DNA of 64,000 bases from Harriotta raleighana. Taxonomy: Eukaryota. Positions 39,455 through 52,882 of the stretch are shown in pieces (within the stretch, counting starts at the first letter, position 1; each line of letters opens with the position of its first letter). The position numbers and the translations under genes were made by a program. Below the pieces are notes generated by a model. The model worked only from the letters and a program-made list of their open reading frames with translations, had not been told where the DNA came from and did no database searches. The DNA lies in NCBI GenBank assembly GCA_050575255.1, contig JBNZDD010013588.1:1675004-1739003 (forward strand), given 5' to 3'.

Positions 39455-39460
39455 AATAAA
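39455..39460 (+). promoter_or_regulatory. Candidate TPRG1L polyadenylation signal (AATAAA; alternative at 39321-39326)
   Basis: AATAAA about 1.75 kb downstream of the stop; use not demonstrable from sequence alone. Confidence 0.45.
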
Positions 39461-40824
39461 GTATTGGTGTCGTTCAAAACAAGAAATCATCCTCAACTCC
39501 CTGGCCAAAATAATTGCAATACAGATATGAGAATAAACCAAAATGCCAATTAACATGAATGACCTGTACAATTATTAAAACATCTCACCTTCCAAGATAG
39601 TAGTTAGTGTCCGTTAGTTACCCACACCATCACAATCCTGTCAGCAATAATTCACAGCAGTAATGGAAACGTTGGTATTGGTATCCCCATGATCCTGTCG
39701 ACTGCTGCATTCCTGTCGTTGAAGGTTCCACGTGAACATCACAAATTGTACAGCGTGAATGCTGGTGAAATGACATTACCACAGCCACAAAAAAGATTGG
39801 TTTCGTGTCCTCGTGGTCCATCTCCCCAATGGGCTAACCATTCCAATGGATCACCATTCTCATGGAATCCTTATGCGGGTTGCAGGAAAAGGAGACACTG
39901 GCCAACCTACAAATCTGAGCACTCAACGCGTGAATTTGAAACGCATTGAAACTTCACAAGATCAATGGGAAAATAGTTCTCAAAACCACATTAGTGTACA
40001 TATTCGATGGTAAACCCTCATTATAGTTAAGTAGTCAACCCAGTACCCAGGGGTGCCTTTGTTCTAGAATTCAAATACTGTACAACTCATTTAAAGATAA
40101 AAATCCTCTTGGAAGGTAAGGAGACTGGTCATTAATTCGAGAAACGGTGCCTGATTTGTCAGAACATGCTTTTAAATGTTGTGATGTACAGTATATTGGA
40201 CATAATCCATTTTTTGTAAGCAATTTCTGTAAAAAAAAATTATCACTGCTATTAAAAGAGCGCAATTTTACTGTGGTACCTGTGCATCCTTCATGATCAG
40301 ACAAGCTATAACAGTTTAGTCAGATTCACAAACTTAATTTAGAAAACTGCTTTGATTTAAAATAAGCGCTGCGATATATTGTCTTATACAATTAGGCTGG
40401 ATTGACGATGTCAATCATATCTTGGTGTTAGGTGACACTCGTCTTCCACTGATTATTTGAACGGTCTCACCCAGTGACCCGTATGAAGAGATTCCAAGGC
40501 ATTAAACTGAAATTTCAAAATCCACCAGGGTTACAATTCCCTAACTGAACTTAAATGTTTTATTTAAAATTCCAGATTCACTATGTAACAAATGGAAAGG
40601 GCCACTGGCTGTACACTTTGGACTTTCATGTCCTACCATTCTTGGTAGCACAATCTAAATTCTCACTTGGACCTCGATACTTTAATCTGAACCAGTCACT
40701 ACTTAATTGTTGCTGAAGCATGTTTGCCAGTTAGGCGGCCTTGAAATTTAATTTTAATCAACGTCAGAAATTATAGTCATGTGCATAACTCTAGAAATGA
40801 ATAAATTCAGAATTGATTGTCAAT

Positions 40825-40830
40825 TTTATT
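40825..40830 (-). promoter_or_regulatory. Candidate WRAP73 polyadenylation signal (AATAAA on - strand; alternative 41045-41050)
   Basis: TTTATT on the + strand 0.6-0.85 kb past the WRAP73 stop. Confidence 0.5.
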
Positions 40831-41679
40831 GAAAATTCATAAATAACATCTCTTTACAATTGTAAAACTACAAATATTTACAGACCCCTGTCTAATGCAA
40901 ACATGTTATACAGTATTCACACAGTGATTGCATGTGCTGCATTTCAGTAATATACTCTCAAGATGTCTTATACAAGTGTTTAAATACACAGATAACACGT
41001 TAACCTGTTTAAGGAAAGATGACCAATGTTTAATATGGCTCAACTTTATTACAGTACCTCCTTTTACAGGTTACCCATAACAGCTGACAATCATGTGCAA
41101 GGTTGTCAACATGTCTATCAGTAAATTGTGAAAACACATTGTAGAATAAAATGTTTACAGCATTAACAGGGCCTAGTGCAATATCAGGTCCATCTAATGT
41201 ATATTGTAAATGTACATTCGAGTTTCGAACAAACTAATCCCTGTGATATGAACCTTTTAAGTAGAATTAAAACAACACCATTTAAGTAAGATTTTTGGTA
41301 AGTTCTGTGCTGAATGACAATGGATAATGTCAGGGAATGGATTACAATTCCACTATTTGGACCATGAACAAAATCAGCATCCTGTGGACTTCGAGGTTAG
41401 AAGTAGGACATTGCTCTGTCAACCTTGCCAAAGTAATGCAATATAAAACAGGCAGCAAACCCCAATTTGCCCATTTTAAGAGCAAGGCTTTGCTATAATA
41501 AGATGTAAACACAAGGTCACATCCTATAAACAGCTGTAGGTAATGTTATAGTTGGTCTCAGTAGTAATTTTACTGTGCAGTTGTCTCTTCCAGCAGCAAC
41601 ACACAGAGGGCTCAAAACAATAAAGCAAGTACACTTAGAGCAAAATTCTAGGGTCCACTTGTACCCTCTCTTCAATGCA

Positions 41680-41795
41680 TCAATGTTTGTTTGCTTCTGT
41701 GGTGTCTAAATAGCACACACACATTTGATCTTTACTTAGCAGCACAAGAGAATCCCCATTGGAATGCCAGAACAACGATAAAATCTGGAAACTAC
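41680..41795 (-). CDS. WRAP73: WRAP73 exon 12 (last coding), GSFQILSLFWHSNGDSLVLLSKDQMCVCYLDTTEANKH*
   Basis: ttgtag| acceptor, TGA stop ending at 41680. Spliced CDS is 1356 nt = 451 aa. Confidence 0.93.
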
Positions 41796-41934
41796 CTACA
41801 AATAAAAGATTCATGTTATAAAATACACAAACCAATCCATATTTTGTGTCCAAAAAAACACAGATTTTAAAAGAATCCCATTTCACTGTACAAAATTACA
41901 AATTCTCACCTTTGATCTGCCAGAAATTATATTG

Positions 41935-42243
41935 ATAATAAGCCTCGAATTTGATATAGCGTTTTTCATGTCTTCTAGACATCTCAAAGCGCTTCACAGA
42001 ATATATTGTAAAGTGAATTGATTATATATTTGTGGGTAAAACGTGGCAGCCAATAGTGCACAGCAGCGTCCCCCACAAAAAGTCATGGATTGAAATTTTA
42101 TTATGGTTTTTTTGGAGGGATTATTATTAGGCATGTGTGTGGAGTACGGAAACTTGCCCAAGGTTTCGCCCTGACCTGCTTGGATTCGAACACAGGTCTC
42201 ATGCTTGTTAAAGTGAGTGCTCTAACCACTGAGCTACAGGACT
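41935..42243 (-). mobile_element. tRNA-derived SINE (WRAP73 intron 11)
   Basis: Full head-to-tail copy. Confidence 0.9.
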
Positions 42244-42307
42244 CCACAATCCAGACTCTCTTCACCCCCACTCACACAACTACCTAACCACACTGAGCTG
42301 CTCTTAC

Positions 42308-42499
42308 CTTCTGTTGGGACCTGCACAGACAAGCACCCTGCAGGGGACCACAAGTACACTTTATTGCTGCCAGTACAGATGGCTAGTCGGGCCCTGCATG
42401 GATCCCACTGGAAGGATCGGACAGCGGACACCTGCTCCAAAACTACAAATTGGGACAGCTTCTGCACATCCCAAATCCACACTGTGTTTGGCATGTTAT
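42308..42499 (-). CDS. WRAP73: WRAP73 exon 11, [23 protein letters not shown]...[16 protein letters not shown]
   Basis: Pyrimidine tract plus aaaag| acceptor, G|GTAAG donor, 192 nt. Confidence 0.95.
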
Positions 42500-42822
42500 C
42501 TTTTGGCAGAGAAAAGAGAGATGAGAACGTTGAAGACAGTTAAAGGGAAAGATAATTCAACGCAGTAAGTGATTGATAGGCAATACTTAGAGATCTTCCT
42601 TTACAAAACAAATTCCACATGGAGCCTTTGAACATCAAATTGCTGCAGATATCCCTCAAGAGAGAGAAATTAAAATTGATTCCTCCTTCTTACACAAAAA
42701 TACCACCAATGCTCTAACACAAGGGGTTTCACACATCACTCAAAATCTATCACCACAGATTTGTAACACAAATTCCCAAACAATTAACCTTCAACCAGCC
42801 CACAAAGATCCCATTAACATAC

Positions 42823-42948
42823 CATTCCTGGTTGCTAAGAAGCGGTTATCCGGACTGAAGGCCAACAACCCAACGCCCAATTTGGGATTGGCTCGATCTG
42901 GGTCAGGCTTCACTGCAGGGACTTGAACTGGAGGTTGGCAAATTTCAT
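42823..42948 (-). CDS. WRAP73: WRAP73 exon 10, YEICQPPVQVPAVKPDPDRANPKLGVGLLAFSPDNRFLATRN
   Basis: cactag| acceptor, G|GTATG donor, 126 nt. Confidence 0.95.
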
Positions 42949-43280
42949 CTAGTGTTAGAAACAAAGCAGGTGAAGAATGACCTACACAGGCCTAATATAT
43001 CCTCCAAACACAACACTGGATATTCTGTCATCTAGACAATTGGATGCTGAAATTCCTGTTCGCCAGGACAATTCGACATTTTGTCAATGGGACCAATGCT
43101 TTAGTCAAAAACTACTCTCAATGCTACAGAATATTGTAACATGGGATGATAGGATGGTCTGCATACAAAAGGAAATTCCTTATCCAAATCATGATGTTTT
43201 GGATGGTTACATAATCAAGGTAGACTCAAGTCACGGGACAAGGAAAAGAAAAGCATCTACATTTGCCAACAGAAAGTAAA

Positions 43281-43715
43281 TAGTCAAATTTCTTTAATCC
43301 AGCATGTGTTAATCCAGAATGCTTTATAATCCGGCATCTGCGACGGTCCGCCTTTTTCCAATATGCGCGTCTTTATGTGCATCTCTTCCCAGAGAGCCTT
43401 CACACTACTCGGTGTATTTTCCTAAGGGGCCCGTCACTGACGTCACGTTTAATAGGTGCGCATGTGGCTTTAATAAATGTGCACCTATGCGCAATTTATT
43501 ATTTTTTAATTAACTTTCGGCAGGTGTAATGCCTCTTTAGGCAGACTGCCTGCTCTGCCAGGATGTGGAGAGCTCTGGTTTTCACTGTACAGGTATGTAA
43601 CACAGATAAGAGCGAAGCACACTCAAATCCTCCCGGCCCTAATCCAATAATCTATCAGATTCGCTAATCCGCACCGCCTAGATCCCAAACATGCCGGATT
43701 ATCAGAATTTTACTG
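43281..43715. mobile_element. Tigger/pogo-like MITE (WRAP73 intron 9)
   Basis: Right end CATGCCGGATTATCAGAATTTTACTG|TA; degenerate left TIR TAGTCAAATTTCTTTAATCCAGCATG. Confidence 0.65.
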
Positions 43716-43791
43716 TAAGCAAGTAATCTCAATTTGGGGAAGTGAATTGAGTAAAATTAATACTGCTGTTATCCACCATCTCCTCACTTAC

Positions 43792-43897
43792 ATTTACTAT
43801 GCGAGTTGAACAAAGAGCATCCTGCAGTTCCAATCGGAGGAAGGGACAAGCCATCATTGCCAAAAGTTGGTCGGGTGTCCACTTCCTTGTAAATAAC
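43792..43897 (-). CDS. WRAP73: WRAP73 exon 9, VIYKEVDTRPTFGNDGLSLPPIGTAGCSLFNSHSK
   Basis: atgtag| acceptor, T|GTAAG donor, 106 nt, phase fits exon 10. Confidence 0.9.
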
Positions 43898-44171
43898 CTA
43901 CATGCAGAGAGACACATGAGCTGTGTAATTTTAGTCAATCAGTTTTTTTTAAACCAGTCTCTGAATAAAGACAGAAAGGAGGCAGGAGCTACTGTTCTTA
44001 CATTCTGCAGTACAACGACTCACGGTGCAAATCAGTAATTAGTTCCACCTTGCAGCAGAAAGTTGGGGATTCTCATTATGGAATCACATAGTCTTCTTCA
44101 GCTGCCCATCCTATCCTCAAGATCAAAGACTTAACAATTCCAACCAAACCATTAAACAAGGGCAAACTTAC

Positions 44172-44249
44172 ACTTTTGGAGTTGCTGATATTCGGGAGAT
44201 GTTCAAATTCTGCAATCTTCTTCCAGGTTACATGGTTTAGGATCCGTAC
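44172..44249 (-). CDS. WRAP73: WRAP73 exon 8, VRILNHVTWKKIAEFEHLPNISNSKS
   Basis: aattag| acceptor, AGT|GTAAG donor, 78 nt. Confidence 0.93.
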
Positions 44250-44618
44250 CTAATTTAAACAAAAATAATCAAAATGAAACTCGCCAAACGCCAAATTGAT
44301 TCTTCTGAAACAAACATTTGGGAACAAATAACCAGCTTCTTTTAAGGACGGTTGGTCTTGAACCCAAAGCCATATTTTCTTAAGATATCTGGGCCAATGA
44401 ATGGATAGTCACTACTCAATCTTTTAGAGCTACACAGAGGAATCATTGTCAATTTCAGACTGTACAGATAGATGGAAGATGATTGAGGAATATGCATTAT
44501 AAGGGAATCCCTCCCTCCCACTACCCAACCAATTCCAAAAGCAATAAATAAAAATTCCCCCGATAGGGACAAAATCATAGCAGTTCTGTCCGAGTTTCAT
44601 GAATGTATCACAACTTAC

Positions 44619-44753
44619 TTTTTCATCATAACTCCCAAGAGCTAGAAACTGGCTACTTGGGCTCCAAGCAACAGATTTCACACCCAGAGACCACTCATAA
44701 GCACTGTAAGTAGACAGCAACCGTCCATCCAAGGAATACAAGAGTATTTTGTA
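44619..44753 (-). CDS. WRAP73: WRAP73 exon 7, [45 protein letters not shown]
   Basis: ttttag| acceptor, AAA|GTAAG donor, 135 nt; WD40-like repeat. Confidence 0.95.
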
Positions 44754-45006
44754 CTAAAATGAATGAAACGGGTTACATATTACTGGTTGGAGAGTAAAGA
44801 ACAAAGTTGGTACATTATTGAAGGAAGCACAGAATACTAAAATGGCATCAATAACTACAATAATACTTGCATTTGACTCAGCGCTTTATCACATCGTTCA
44901 GACATTTCAAAGCGCTTCACAGAATATACTGTATTGTAAAGTGGATATATTGTTTGTTCAAAAAGCTCAGAACATCTCATACTCTAGTTTCGGGACTTTC
45001 ACTCAC

Positions 45007-45093
45007 CTCCAAACAGGAATCCCAGACCGCTAGTACACAGCTGTTCGGTGACCACTCAATACCTGCCAGATCCTGAGTCTCGGTGTCAAAATG
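45007..45093 (-). CDS. WRAP73: WRAP73 exon 6, [29 protein letters not shown]
   Basis: gctcag| acceptor, GAG|GTGAG donor, 87 nt. Confidence 0.95.
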
Positions 45094-45599
45094 CTGAGCA
45101 AAGACATGAGAATAAGTCACAAAATATTTGACAAAGAAATTCCATTCACATGGTTTCATTTGATTTCCTCAGATGATTTTTGAAATGATGGGGAATCCTA
45201 GATTCTGAATCTCGCTGTATTCTAAGCAGACGTGAAAGATGCTATAGGACTGTATAATATATTGTATTTTAAGAGCTACATTTCTAATGAAATGTTTTTC
45301 TCCAACCAATTAAGAATGACCAAATTTTGAAGCAATATTCATTCAAATTCTAATACTGTTGAAAGTGTTTCCCAGGATGTACTGAAGAGTAGCAACGGTT
45401 ACAAAGTCAAACACAGGAGCAAATCTGCACCACCACTGAGATCAATAGTTAAATGTTATCTGTTTTGATGCACTAGTTTCAATGGTAGAGCTCCAGAACA
45501 GGGTGTAACTACTGTATGTCCCAGAAAAAGTACTAGGTCACAGTGCTCTAAAACTGGAACAATGTGGTGTTGTGTTTTTTTATATAAAAAGTTAATTAC

Positions 45600-45703
45600 C
45601 CGCAACAGCTGCCACTCACTGCACACAAAGATACTAATGTAATCCTTGCAGTCTCGTCTCTCTGCCAGAGCCATATAGTGTCCGTCCTTCGTGAAATCTA
45701 TCC
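45600..45703 (-). CDS. WRAP73: WRAP73 exon 5, [35 protein letters not shown]
   Basis: ctgcag| acceptor, CGG|GTAAT donor, 104 nt. Confidence 0.95.
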
Positions 45704-45851
45704 CTGCAGCCATAAACAACAAGAACATGGAGGAGATGCTGTCTTTACATGCATATTAGGTAAATCTTAAAGAGAAAATTCATGGTAGGTTTTGGCGATA
45801 AATAATGACAATTTCTAGCAGGACTCAAGAGATGAATGTCAATCTACTTAC

Positions 45852-45924
45852 CATGTTGACAGACCTTAGGATATTTGATATAAGACACAGATTTGGTGCA
45901 TAGTGACCAGACGGTGATTCGCAG
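45852..45924 (-). CDS. WRAP73: WRAP73 exon 4, LRITVWSLCTKSVSYIKYPKVCQH
   Basis: tgacag| acceptor, G|GTAAG donor, 73 nt. Confidence 0.95.
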
Positions 45925-46489
45925 CTGTCAAGAAAGAGATAATGTTTATTTACTTCATTGCAGCATTGAATGTAGAACAAGGACAGAACTCCGACCTGAA
46001 TGTGACCCAAGAAATTAATCTATGCAAGCGTTCAACCCACACTTCTACACTGAATAGCAAATCATTTCTCAACAGCTGTAGTTACAGGAAACATAGTCAA
46101 GAATGGCATTTATTGCTGTACAACAGGTTAATAGCTTGATAACCATTCTATATATTACTGTACACACATTTACATCAATAAATGTGAAGATGTACACTGG
46201 TTACAACTCATTAATATAAGATTTTGAATTGGATATCATTTCTCATTTCTGTACTTTATTAATCTGACATTATGAGCCACAATCAAAAGGCAGTTGAAAT
46301 AAAAGAGCATAAATTTAATATTTGAAAACTGTTCATGTGTTTGAAAACTTTTCATGATTGCAACATAATTTTTTACCTATAAACGGGTATTTCAAAACAC
46401 AGCCTCTAAAATATTCTGTAAGATAATAAGTCACTAAATGCTTCAACTGCCTCCATATTACTTGAATGCACTTAAGATGCTGCATGTTC

Positions 46490-46800
46490 TTGTCTCATCA
46501 TAATACTACTTGATATAGTGCTTTTTATGATTTTCATGAGGTGAATGTGACAGCCAATATTCACACAACAATATCCCACAGATTTGAAGTGAATCAACCT
46601 TATCACGGAAATTACAAAAAGACATCAGAAGAAATTCTCTTTTCTTTTTAAACAGTTTAATGGACCTTTTACATCCAGCTAAACAGGGAGACTGGACCTC
46701 AGTTTAACACCTCATCCGAAGGACAGCGCCTTTATCAATGCAGCCCACGCCAGCATTGCACTGTCAGTCTAGTCTATGAATTCAAAATCCCAGAGAGTAC
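46490..46800 (-). mobile_element. Old DeuSINE (SacSINE1/AmnSINE-like) remnant
   Basis: TTTTACATCCAGCT...GGACCTCAGTTTAACACCTCATCCGAAGGACAGCGCC...GCACTGTCAGTCTAG resembles the reverse-complement Deu domain as recalled. Confidence 0.6.
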
Positions 46801-48299
46801 ATGAGTAAGACTCATTTAGTTTGTNCTGGAGTGTCAGTCTAGTCTATGAATTCAAAATCCCAGAGAGTACATGAGTAAGACTCATTTAGTTTGTGTGAGA
46901 ATAAATTGATTACATGGCCTTAGATATTAGCCAACCACCTTAACAAAATAAGCTCATAAATCATCAATCATGACTGATGAATGTCAGGTGACAAATAAAA
47001 CTTAAATTCTCAGAAACGCTGTCCCCCAATTAAAATAATACACTGAATTGTTTTTTTGTTAAAGAACAGCTGAGCATAGGAGACACCTTTCATTTCCAGC
47101 TGTAGTAAAGGCATCTTTCAGCTGTTGTTTTGCAAGAGAAAACGATCCTGAATTCTACCACTGTACAGATGCTTTTAAAATAGAAATCAAGCTGCTGAGA
47201 GTCGCCAAACAGGGTAACTCGATAAGGCGAGGCAGAAAAGATCGAGACAAACTTAACTCTTTGAGGATTACTGTAAATTAAGATGTGTTGTTCAATTCTG
47301 CATTAAAAAACTATTCTTTATGAATATTAAACATAATAAAACATCTTAAAACATCTTTACCTCCTATCTCACTCAATCTGGCTCAGTTGCCAGACTGAAG
47401 TACAACTGTCCTAACTGCTGTTACTTGCATTCACAAACACTAATCAACTGCTCCATGAGACAAATAGTGATTTTAAACCAACTCCCATCAAATAGGATCT
47501 TTAAAGCTTGATAAGAGCAAGATGGATAACTTGATGGCACAGCATAGCACCAAATCGACAAATTCCCCATGACATTTGATGCCAGAAGAAGGTGGTTCTT
47601 TCAGACATCCGCAAAATCTTTTGAGCATATTTAAGTTCTAAATTTTATCCCTGATCAGCAAGATGAATTATGCTACAGCAAATATCATTCCGAGGTACAA
47701 ATTCTCCTTTCTCAATTCCCCCCCCACCCAAAGAAAACTATTCATAAATGTAATTCCAATGCACTCCTTTTGTTCCTCCCTATAAAACCTAGCTACATAT
47801 TGGCACGGGCACCTGGAATTAACTGGCCGTTGGTTCATCGCAATGCAGGGCTGGCTGGCGTTGCTGAAAAAGTCTGACAGGTGCAGGTTTGGTAATGGTC
47901 ACTGTACAAAACACAACGGAAAAAAATACCAACTCAAATAGCCTTCAATTTGTAACACAGACTCTGCTTGGTCAGAGGGTCTCTTTTCATAGCCATGTCT
48001 GTCAACATAGGATTTTGTAGGATAATTCAGCACACATTCCACAGCACAAAGCATTCGAACCAAGATAGCAAACTCCTCAAGTTCTAATTGGTGAAACTCA
48101 AATGAAGAGTAAGATGACAACATTACTAGTTATGGAATGGAGGCATTATGAAATGGAGCAGTTATGAATACATTGTCTTCTCAAGAGTGTCTCTGATAGA
48201 TATTCGACAGTTCCCAGCCAAAATCCCTGCCAAGGTAAAAATGCTACGGACAGCATTGAGTTATTCAACAAAAAAAAATTCAGCCAACCAAGTCCGCAC

Positions 48300-48580
48300 T
48301 TGCATTTTATTCAGAGAATAACACTAAAATATCTAAGGGCTCCCATTGTCCACATCCATTAGATGTATATTTGGGGGCCAAACACGACAACCAATTGCGC
48401 ACAGCAGTGTCCCATATCAGTTGTGGATTGAAATGAGCAATTTATCTTTTTTTAAAAAAAAGAGATTATTATCAGGCATGTGAAGTAAGCAAACTTGCCA
48501 AAGGTTTTGCCCTGTCTGGAATCGAACACAGGTCTCTCACTTGCGAGACGAGTGCACTAACTCGCACAGAGCTATAGAAC
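48300..48580 (-). mobile_element. Diverged tRNA-derived SINE
   Basis: CCAATTGCGCACAGCAG...AAACTTGCCAAAGGTTTTGCCC...GAACACAGGTCTC. Confidence 0.8.
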
Positions 48581-51086
48581 TCCATTGGGGTGGGGGGAAG
48601 CTTTATAGTGCTACTGATAAGTGCCACTGGATGCAGTTTGAGTCATTTCTTGTGTACTGCACGCAGGAAACCAGCAAATTGTCTTGCAAGCACTTCCAGC
48701 AGTTGCTCAGATATTACCAAAAGCTGGGAAGCCCTCTTTACCTGTGTTCAATATGCATCAAACCAGCACCAAATCTAGATGTGTCCACTTCTGGTCCAAG
48801 TAAAATATTACTTTATACTGAAGCAAATTTATAATGAGGTTTGACTGCAATCCCTCTCAATTCGGGAAAACAAGTTGAATCTCGTTGGTTTACCAGAAAA
48901 GTTAACAAGGTTGATATCAAATCTTTGATAGATTTAATTTACTTTTATTGGGATATTCTTTCCACTTCCAAATCTGTGCTGATTGCTAGAAACAAACAAT
49001 TCACAAAAATCCATTCCCAAAGCTGGTCTGAGGCACAGCTCTACATTTAATGTAACCTAACAATATCAGCACAATATTGTTCTAACATCATATAGAAGAT
49101 CCAAGACTAATCAACTTTTATAGCCACAGCACACAATAATTTAATTGTGTTCTTCCCCATCACCCTGCCTTCGTGTACACTTTTCAGAGAACTGGGTGGG
49201 GTGAGAGAGAAGAGTTGGAATGGAAACAAAATCTAGAATTCCAATCTTCATACATATTTCTTATTTTGGTGCAAAAATGAGGTCCTAAATGATATCACTA
49301 ACCAACATCTATCTGTTGGTCTGTCAGATCACTCACGCGCAACTCTGGAGCCCATATTATCAACAGGGTGCTGACTGAAATAAATGGGTGATGTCAGACC
49401 AAGTGGCTCGAACTAGCTGATGTAAGGCCCTGAGAATAACCTCTGTATGATGCTCGTTATAAGATCTAGCACAGAGAGGGACAGTCTACAGATCACAGAC
49501 ATGAATCACCACTCTCTGATTGCATCATCCACAACAACAGGAATCTCATTATTGCAGTCAAAACATGAGCCCAAGATCAGTAATGAGGGCCATAAAACAA
49601 TTCATACTTATTAATATTAACGAGTAATCAGTCTCTTCGAGATCCTCTACTAGGGAATTTGCAATTACAGAATTGGGTAAAAAGAGGGCTCAACATCAGT
49701 AGACCTACTTCATATACAATAAACTCAAGAATGGCCCACTTGAGCATCTATTTCCAATGAATCAGATGCATGATAGGAACAAGTTAACACACACAACATT
49801 TTTAATGAGGACCAGCTTGCTCCCCAGAAGCTAGTACACAGGGACTATTAAAGTAATTTAATTAGCACATTCAGAAGGAATGTTCCCGACAGATCAGATG
49901 CACAACTGAAAAGTAACTGAACTATACAGGCACGCAGATGAAGCTTCACAGTCATCACACCTTCTCTTGCAACAGGCATATTCGAAGACAACATGCATCA
50001 CATCTACGATATTTTCACATATTTATACAAAAGTTAAAAGAAAATTCAATGCAATTCGATACATGATCAGAGGTCCTTGCCATCTTGAATTTCCCCTCAA
50101 TTGTCTAGTACTTCAGTCCCTCAAAGCACAAATGAATTATGTAGAACTGCACTGAAAATACTTAAATCTTCACCTGCAAATTTTACCTCACCGCATGCTT
50201 GGGTGTAACATTTCTGACCTTCTTGAAGGCTGAGAAATGGGGCTACGAGTGGTAGGGTGTACGGATTAGCAAACAGTGTCTATACTTTGCGGGTAGCTGA
50301 GTGGAAGTCTAGTAAAATAAGTACAGAGCTTTATTCTGATAGACGCCAATGTCACTTCAGTCAGTCTAGATTGGGGTGGGGGGGGGTGTTGGGGGTCAAG
50401 GCAAGTTCAGACTAAGCAGACCCGCCGCCTCCAAATCATACCAGGCGGAAGAATTTCGCACCCCACGTGTCAGAACGTTGCGGCCATGTTTTCACAAAAC
50501 AGTTACACTGCAGACTTTCTAAAGGCACCTGTTTGCATTTCAGCCAACTTAAGGTCATGAGACAGACTGCTTTCCTGGCACTCTGCCCAAATCCCTTAAG
50601 CGTCAGTCAGAAATAAATACTACTGTACATCACAGAAGAATATATAGTTATCTTACACTTGCATACACTGTAAAATAAAGGCTTGAAACGTAAAGGTTAG
50701 CATTATAAAGCCAAGTAAAATTTAAAATGATCTCCCTACAAATATAATTTAATATCAATAGATTTTAATGAATTAGTTAATTCCTGGTTAATTCCAGGTG
50801 CCTGTGCCAATATAATAACTCAGTTTAGCAGTTTAACTCAGGAGCAAAAGAAACACATTTGAGTTACATTTCTAAGCGAAGTGCTTGTTCCCATTGCTCA
50901 CATTTCAGGAAAGCATCTGAACTATCTAGAAAACACTTCTACGTACTGTATATAATATTCTTCATAATACAGGCAGACAGAAGAGGCATTTTATCTGGGG
51001 GTGGGAGAAGGAGGAGGGATTGTTTATGAAGTTGATCATCAATTCCCCAACAGCAAACACCAACAAGTATCATATGATTTATTGCA

Positions 51087-51651
51087 TAGTAAAAGCCCAT
51101 TTATCCGGTATCCGCGGGACCTGGCCAATGCCGGTTAAATGGTCGGATCCGATGCCGAAAACCCAACACAAAAAAAATTAACTTATTTTAACACATACCA
51201 TATTAATAATAGACTAAATAATAACAGATAACAGAATATTGTATGAGTACTTTATTGTAAATGTTGTACACTGTACCATATAAATAATAAGACTAAATAC
51301 ACTGATAACAGATACTGTAATAACAGAATATTGTATTAGTACTTTATTATTTATACTTAACTTTTTAAAGGAGCGACTTTTAAAATGAGCAGGAACGAAT
51401 TTAGACTCAACTAGCAATGGCGGCCCGCCTCGGGAGGAAAAAAAACGGCAGCACAACTTTAAAAAAAAGGCAAGCTCTACTAGTGGTAAGCCAAAATACC
51501 TGTACATTCAGCCTGCCACTAGTAGAGTCTTTTTTTTAAATGCGCCACTGCATTCATTAAATGCGCTATTGTGCCGGATGGGGATTTTTTTTAACGTGTC
51601 GGTATACGGAAGTTCTGGTTCACCGAGTTACGGATAAACGGGCTTTTACTG
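51087..51651. mobile_element. Tigger/pogo-like MITE (WRAP73 intron 3)
   Basis: TIRs TAGTAAAAGCCCATTTATCCG / CGGATAAACGGGCTTTTACTG|TA. Confidence 0.8.
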
Positions 51652-51977
51652 TACTATATGTTTCAAAATTAGGGATGGTAAAAATGTATTTAAAAATTTA
51701 AACTTAAAAATCAAACAATATTACAAGGAAATGGTGTATCCAATATAAAATGAATGGTGCAATGTCATCAGTAAAGGTTTTGGAAATATTTTCACATATT
51801 AGAACACAGTAAATTTGTCAAGCTAGACTAATGACAGTACTACAGCAGCTAACTCTACAGTACATACCAGTATAGCAAATGTCAGCTAAACAACTGCTAA
51901 GCATTGAATCCTATTTAATTCAGGCTATAGACAGCAACAGTTGAGCTGTACTGTAAAAGGGTAGTAACTTCACTTAC

Positions 51978-52094
51978 ATGGAACTCTGTAGTATTGAGGA
52001 TGTGACGTCCATCTGGGCTCCAGCGCGAGGCCACCAGCCCAGCAGATCCCTCGTCAATCTTACAGTGCCAATCAGGTTGCTCTAAGGACCAGAC
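51978..52094 (-). CDS. WRAP73: WRAP73 exon 3, [39 protein letters not shown]
   Basis: aaacag| acceptor, CAT|GTAAG donor, 117 nt phase 0-0. Confidence 0.95.
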
Positions 52095-52882
52095 CTGTTT
52101 TTAGTAAAGGCAAAAGTTAAATATGAACACAGTCTACACAAGCAGTCTGCTATAAACAGGCAGCTCCCCTGACTCAAGCTAAGAGTCTGAGAAGAGCTAA
52201 CTACCTCAAACATTAGAGATTTAGAAGACAACAAACTGGACCATGAAAGACTGGCGCTGGCTACCTCTACAAAGGTAAAGCTATTCTAACTTGCATGTTT
52301 TTCAGAATATATAAAATAGCTTGCAGTAGAATTCAGATTTGAAAACTAGATTTCTCAACAGTTACTTTGGCGAATGGGCACCTAATATGAACCCGGTAAC
52401 TTGTGTCAACAACAAAACAAGAAATTATCTTTTTTAATGATACAATAATTGTTGTTAAGTATAATAGTAAAATGGATAATATAGCTAAGAATTTACATGA
52501 AAATATTAGTAGAATAGATTGATTTGCAGAGAAATGTATACATTGTTTCCAAGCATTATATATTTACATATTTCAGAACTTGTATACTTGGCAGGAGTTT
52601 GCAAACAATGCTCCAGAATCCAACATACATATGATCTGCATTAAAACCATATGATCAACTGACTGATGTGCTTTCAGGTACTGTTCTTGGAAGTGGTACA
52701 CAGTCTGCTAATAGTTAAGTGTACATGTACCAAATGATCCAGTACAGTACATGTCCGGCTCTCCAGGGACCTTCAAAACGCACTGTTCTACATGCACAAA
52801 CACATACCAGAACTATCCGATGAACACAGTGGCAGGACAAAGTTTGTAGAAGATTATTGGGCAATTGTACAAGAGAGCACTA

